A stretch of DNA of 64,000 nucleotides from positions 5,146,001-5,210,000 of the forward strand of contig CM022676.1 of NCBI GenBank assembly GCA_012295275.1, read 5' to 3'. Below are positions 59,603 through 64,000 of the stretch, piece by piece (the first letter of the stretch is position 1; each line of letters begins with the position of its first letter). The notes under the pieces are model-generated. The model made no database searches. It had not been told where the DNA came from and saw nothing but the letters and a program-made list of their open reading frames with translations. Source of the stretch: Chrysomallon squamiferum. Lineage: Eukaryota > Animalia > Mollusca. Made by a program: the position numbers and the translations under genes.

Positions 59603-61619
59603 ATGATAATAAATAAATAATAAAAATAAAAGTAAAATGGTGTTGCATAATAATATCCATTGAAATGTCTTCATTCTTTAGTATAGGAACCTATATTTAA
59701 GATACCAAATGTATCAGTTATATGATTTAGTAAAATTGAATAGTTATGGTTGAAAATGGAACAGATGATGAAACAACTGTATTTTGCACAAGTGTGGATA
59801 TAGCTGGACATGCAGGTAATTTCAATTTGCATACAAACATTTTGGCTAAGTACATGTTATTATTCCTTGAATGTTTTGCATATGCATAGCTGATGCAAAC
59901 ATTTTATACTGATAAACATGTGGGAGTGCTGTTGTTTTTGGGAAGGGTTTTATTAAAATTTATTTACTTTTTTTACTTTTTTTTTTAATCCATATTGCCT
60001 TCTGGTTTATGAGTATTTTGTACACAGTCAAATCAGCAACTTGTGCTATCAGTCATGAAATTTATCAGTTTAATTCTTCCCTCTGTCTCACATTTGAACC
60101 ATGATTCTTTTCTTTTCTTGACTCCCACCACCCAAGAAATGCATTTGTGTTATTAGCTGAATAAAAAGGATATTGTTGATGTAAGAATATAGGTTCTCTT
60201 TAAGTGCCAAAAAAGATCATTCCTAATGATTGTAGTTTTTGTCTGTTTTGTGAAAAGTTAGGTCTGCAAGAAATAACTTGACCTGCTGTCTCACAGCCAG
60301 TCCAATTGATGTCTCATCTTAGAAACACTAAAATTTTAAAACTTGTAAAACTACAACAAAAGGAAATGTTCTTTTTATGGTTTATTTATGGAAATATAAC
60401 GATAGGCATGTTCAGTTGATGAAGCTACATTATTTTAAACACATACATTGTCTGTATATCATACAAAGCTTTACAGTTCACTTTATTTTTTAGCTCTAAA
60501 TATTTACAAACTTTTGTAATTCATTACAAATAAAAATGTTAAAAGAAGTGTTCACTGGGGTTATAAGCATATTAAAAAGTGATTCTGTAAAAAGTATCAT
60601 ATGAACTAATTAGAAATATTTTAAATGGTATTTGTATTTTAAAAAATCTCACTATAATTATTTGCTGTTTGTTAATTAATTTTTATGTATAAAACTGAAA
60701 TTTTTTAAGGTGCACCTATTTATCATGTTACCAGATCTGCAGGTTTTTATCGTATATGTTATACAAATTTTATGCAATATACTGAATGTTGTTGTTTAGT
60801 CCATGTTTACAATGACAACTGCACCCTTTTGTGCAGATTTGTTCTGTTTGTTTATTGTTTGTTAATGATGACATCAGCAGACTTGCTTCTTGGTATTTGT
60901 CTTTCTAATTGATTATTTTATCATTATTTTAATTTAGACAAAAAAGTTTATTTAATCATCTTTGATAATTTTTATTAAACTCATGGAAATCAATTTACAA
61001 TATATGTCTGTAACATTATTTTTATTTTTACATTTAGTCTGTCTTTTAAAATCTTAAATTTCTCATTCTCATTCTTTGTAAAAAAAAGTTCTTTCTGTCT
61101 TGCCCTCCCTCCCACTATCTATCCATTTCTGTCTCTCCTTTAAACTCTTTTAATATTTTGTAACTATTATTATTTTGTTAGAAAGATGAATAACGTAAAG
61201 CAATGTCTGTTCAGAAATTTTTTCTGATTTTAAATAAATGTTTATTAATAATGTTGCTGGTGTTTGTGTCTTTTTAAAAAAATTCATTATGATATAATAA
61301 TAATATTACCTTTCTGACACTATACATTCACTTTATAAAATGAAAAAAAATAAAATTGCTCTATCTTTCCACATACATGACAGTGCTATCATAAAATGTT
61401 ATATTAGAAAAATGAGATTTGACATTAATTTATATAACACAAAAATGGTAATAGCAACCAAAATAAATTTACATTTTACAACGCATAGAGAGCACTACAC
61501 TATAAATAAACAGCTAGCTTTAGGCTTGATGTGTTACACATTGAATATCTGTTTAATAAGGATTTCTTTCCCATTGTAACCATTGCCTTCAAGTTGTCAT
61601 CAAAATCTCTATTATCTGT

Positions 61620-62255
61620 TCACCAGTAGGTGCATGTTAAATAAATGTAAAAATGTATTCAGACATTAGAAACCAATCATAAAACATTAATAATTTAATT
61701 TACAACATAAACAGAAGAGATTGAGAAAAAATACATTGTATTATTCTATTCAAGACTGTATATATATTTAGAATTAAACATATAACATATTACAAAGCTG
61801 AGATTATCACATTATCTGATGTAAATAAACAGAAGAGAAAAATAAAATATATTTTATTATTTTTAGGACAGTACATGCCATTCAAAATTAATCATAATAC
61901 ATTATTGTATTTCAAAGCTCAGAAGAGTCAGATAAGATGTTATTTATCTGATACAAATAAATAGAGAGAAGAGAAAGTAAGTACATTATATTATTGTTAG
62001 GACAGTACATACCATTCAGAATTAATCATATAATACAGTATTACAAAGCTGCGATATGATGTTACTTACCTGATATAAATAAATGGAAGAGATAATTAAA
62101 TACATTATATTACTCTAATCAGGCAGTACATACCAGTTAGAATTGATCATAAGACTATAGTATTACAAAGTTGAGTTATGTCATTATAATATCCTGTTAG
62201 AACAGGATATACATTTCTAATTAATCACATAACATTATAGTATTGCAAAGCTGAT
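61620..62255. repeat. ~120-130 bp degenerate minisatellite upstream of the EGF gene
   Basis: GGACAGTACAT.CCATTCA.AATTAATCATA...GTATTACAAAGCTG...TTATCTGAT..AAATAAA.AGAAGAGA repeated about 5 times. Confidence 0.8.
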
Positions 62256-62625
62256 ATTGTTTATTTGACGCAGTCAAATTACATTCACTTGTTTTGTTTA
62301 CATCTGTCTGAGAGACTGTTAAGTTTATCACTCAGTCTAAAGCTAGCTGATCATAACCAGATGTGTAAACTGACTGACCATCCATGTCCATCTAGCCTGA
62401 CTAAATAGTTCTCATCTTACATGGAATATGTTCTTGTGCTTGCAGAAATATCAGGCTGTTAATCTGAAAGAACTCCAATGTACTTTATTTTTAAGTTCTT
62501 TGGATTTTTTTTTTTGAATATATTACAACATCATGCTGAAGTGTAGAAGAAAACTGAACTGAAGAAGTAAATGTTGATATGAAGCTGAAGAATGGATGGT
62601 TATTTTGAAAGATTTACCTAAAATT

Positions 62626-62937
62626 ATGTCTTTTCTAGTACATGTATTTATTTTGTGTTTTATACTGCTTTTAACTGTGAGGACTAATAATGGTATGAAA
62701 CAAAAAAGAAGGTAAGATTCTGGGGTTTTTCAAGATATATTTTTATAAGTGTTTAAGTGCAAAGTTGTAGTGATAGTATATTTCCTGTTACAACCATATT
62801 TGCAAACTGTATATAGATGAAACCAAAATGAGAATAGCAAAAATATAATTATTTAATTAATATTACTACAGTTTTTTATTTTATTTTATTTTATTTTATT
62901 TTATTTTATTTATTTTATTTATTATGTTGATTTACAA

Positions 62938-62972
<35 letters not shown>

Positions 62973-63291
62973 TATTATTATTAATATTATTATTTTTCTA
63001 TTAATCTTAAAATATTATATTATTGATTTAGAAATTATTATTATTATTATTTTAATTTCTATTAGTCTTAAAAATATATCATCAAACATGCTATTTCACA
63101 CTGAATTTTTTTTTTTAACCATAATTACAGCAGTGACAAAAAACACAATATCCCAATCCAATTAACTGCGAAACATAAACCAAACTGCCAGTCATTGAGA
63201 TGTAGCCAAGATTGCAATGAAGATTTAAGTTACCCACAATGCACCTGTCTTTCTGGATATATATTACAAGAAGATTTAATTTCATGCAAAG
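62626..63291 (+). CDS. Secreted/cell-surface EGF-domain protein, first two coding exons (continues past the right edge)
   Basis: Exon 62626-62711 gives MSFLVHVFILCFILLLTVRTNNGMKQKR (signal peptide, donor AG|GTAAGA). It splices in phase to 63131-63291, SSDKKHNIPIQLTAKHKPNCQSLRCSQDCNEDLSYPQCTCLSGYILQEDLISCK (six-Cys EGF module ending in a phase-1 donor). The window ends at an acceptor-like TTTCTACAG. Confidence 0.8.
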
Positions 63292-64000
63292 GTTTGTTTA
63301 TGTTTTAATTCTTTTCTCATTAATCTTATTTCTTTAATTTACTATTATTTGCTGAAATATTTTCTTTATTTTAAATTTTTAAAATTTCTTTTATTTTTAT
63401 CAACAACTGTTAAATTTTTGTCTTACATGTGAATTAGTTAACTAGGTAAAAATTCTATATCTTAATTTTTAACAAAAGTAAAAATAATAGTTAACAAATT
63501 AACAATCTGTATATCTATTTTTGAGCCAAAAATAAAATGATAAACAATGTATTACACAGTTTATTAAACTTAATAATGTAAATGTCAAAATCACAAAATT
63601 GCAAAGGTGAAATTATATTTTTCTAATTAAGAAGTAATCAAAATTTATTTAAGAAATATAATAAGAAAATTGAGAAACTGATTTTTAACTAAAATTCTAC
63701 CTAAAAAAAAAAAAATAATAAAAACAAATAAATAAATAAATAAATAAAAAATTAAAAATAAATAAAATATTTTAGTTCAAAGTTACTGCTAGTTTAAATT
63801 TCTTTCAGTTAAACTGTTTTAAATGAAAATAATGTTGGAAAATAGAAAAGTTATAAATGTTGGTTTGATACGGTAAAGAAAGGCAAAAATTGCTTCTAAA
63901 ACATCAGCGAGTATATTTTCTATTTAAAGCAGCATTTGCCACCTGTTATTTTCAGTCACGCATCAATACTGAATAAAGAATAGAGATTATGTTTCTACAG

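Overview
AT-rich, intron-rich animal genomic DNA, probably a lophotrochozoan such as a mollusc (inferred from composition and motifs, not proven). Six spliced genes were reconstructed by hand from GT-AG boundaries and exon phases. (1) 5' part of RSPH1, minus strand, running off the left edge. (2) A 9-finger C2H2 zinc-finger gene, plus strand. (3) A convergent 16-finger C2H2 gene, minus strand, whose large first coding exon is broken by a run of frameshifts mostly explicable as one missing A each. (4) A 26-exon, ~1690-aa DNAAF8/C16orf71 (Daap1) orthologue with about five tandem NDK-fold repeats, only one keeping the catalytic His. (5) ANKS3, 13 exons, ~800 aa, head-to-head with DNAAF8 as in vertebrates. 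(6) The first two exons of a secreted EGF-domain protein that the ORF track misses. Three cilia-related genes share the window with many RFX X-box-like sites, several inside coding exons. Other notable signals: a 76-bp tandem repeat creating in-frame candidate micro-exons in DNAAF8, repeated intronic echoes of splice junctions, an octamer/Sox-site minisatellite, a recurrent AAGGGNARTAACTC motif and a TTAA-flanked MITE just after the ANKS3 stop. Homology calls rest on recalled protein sequences; no searches were run.
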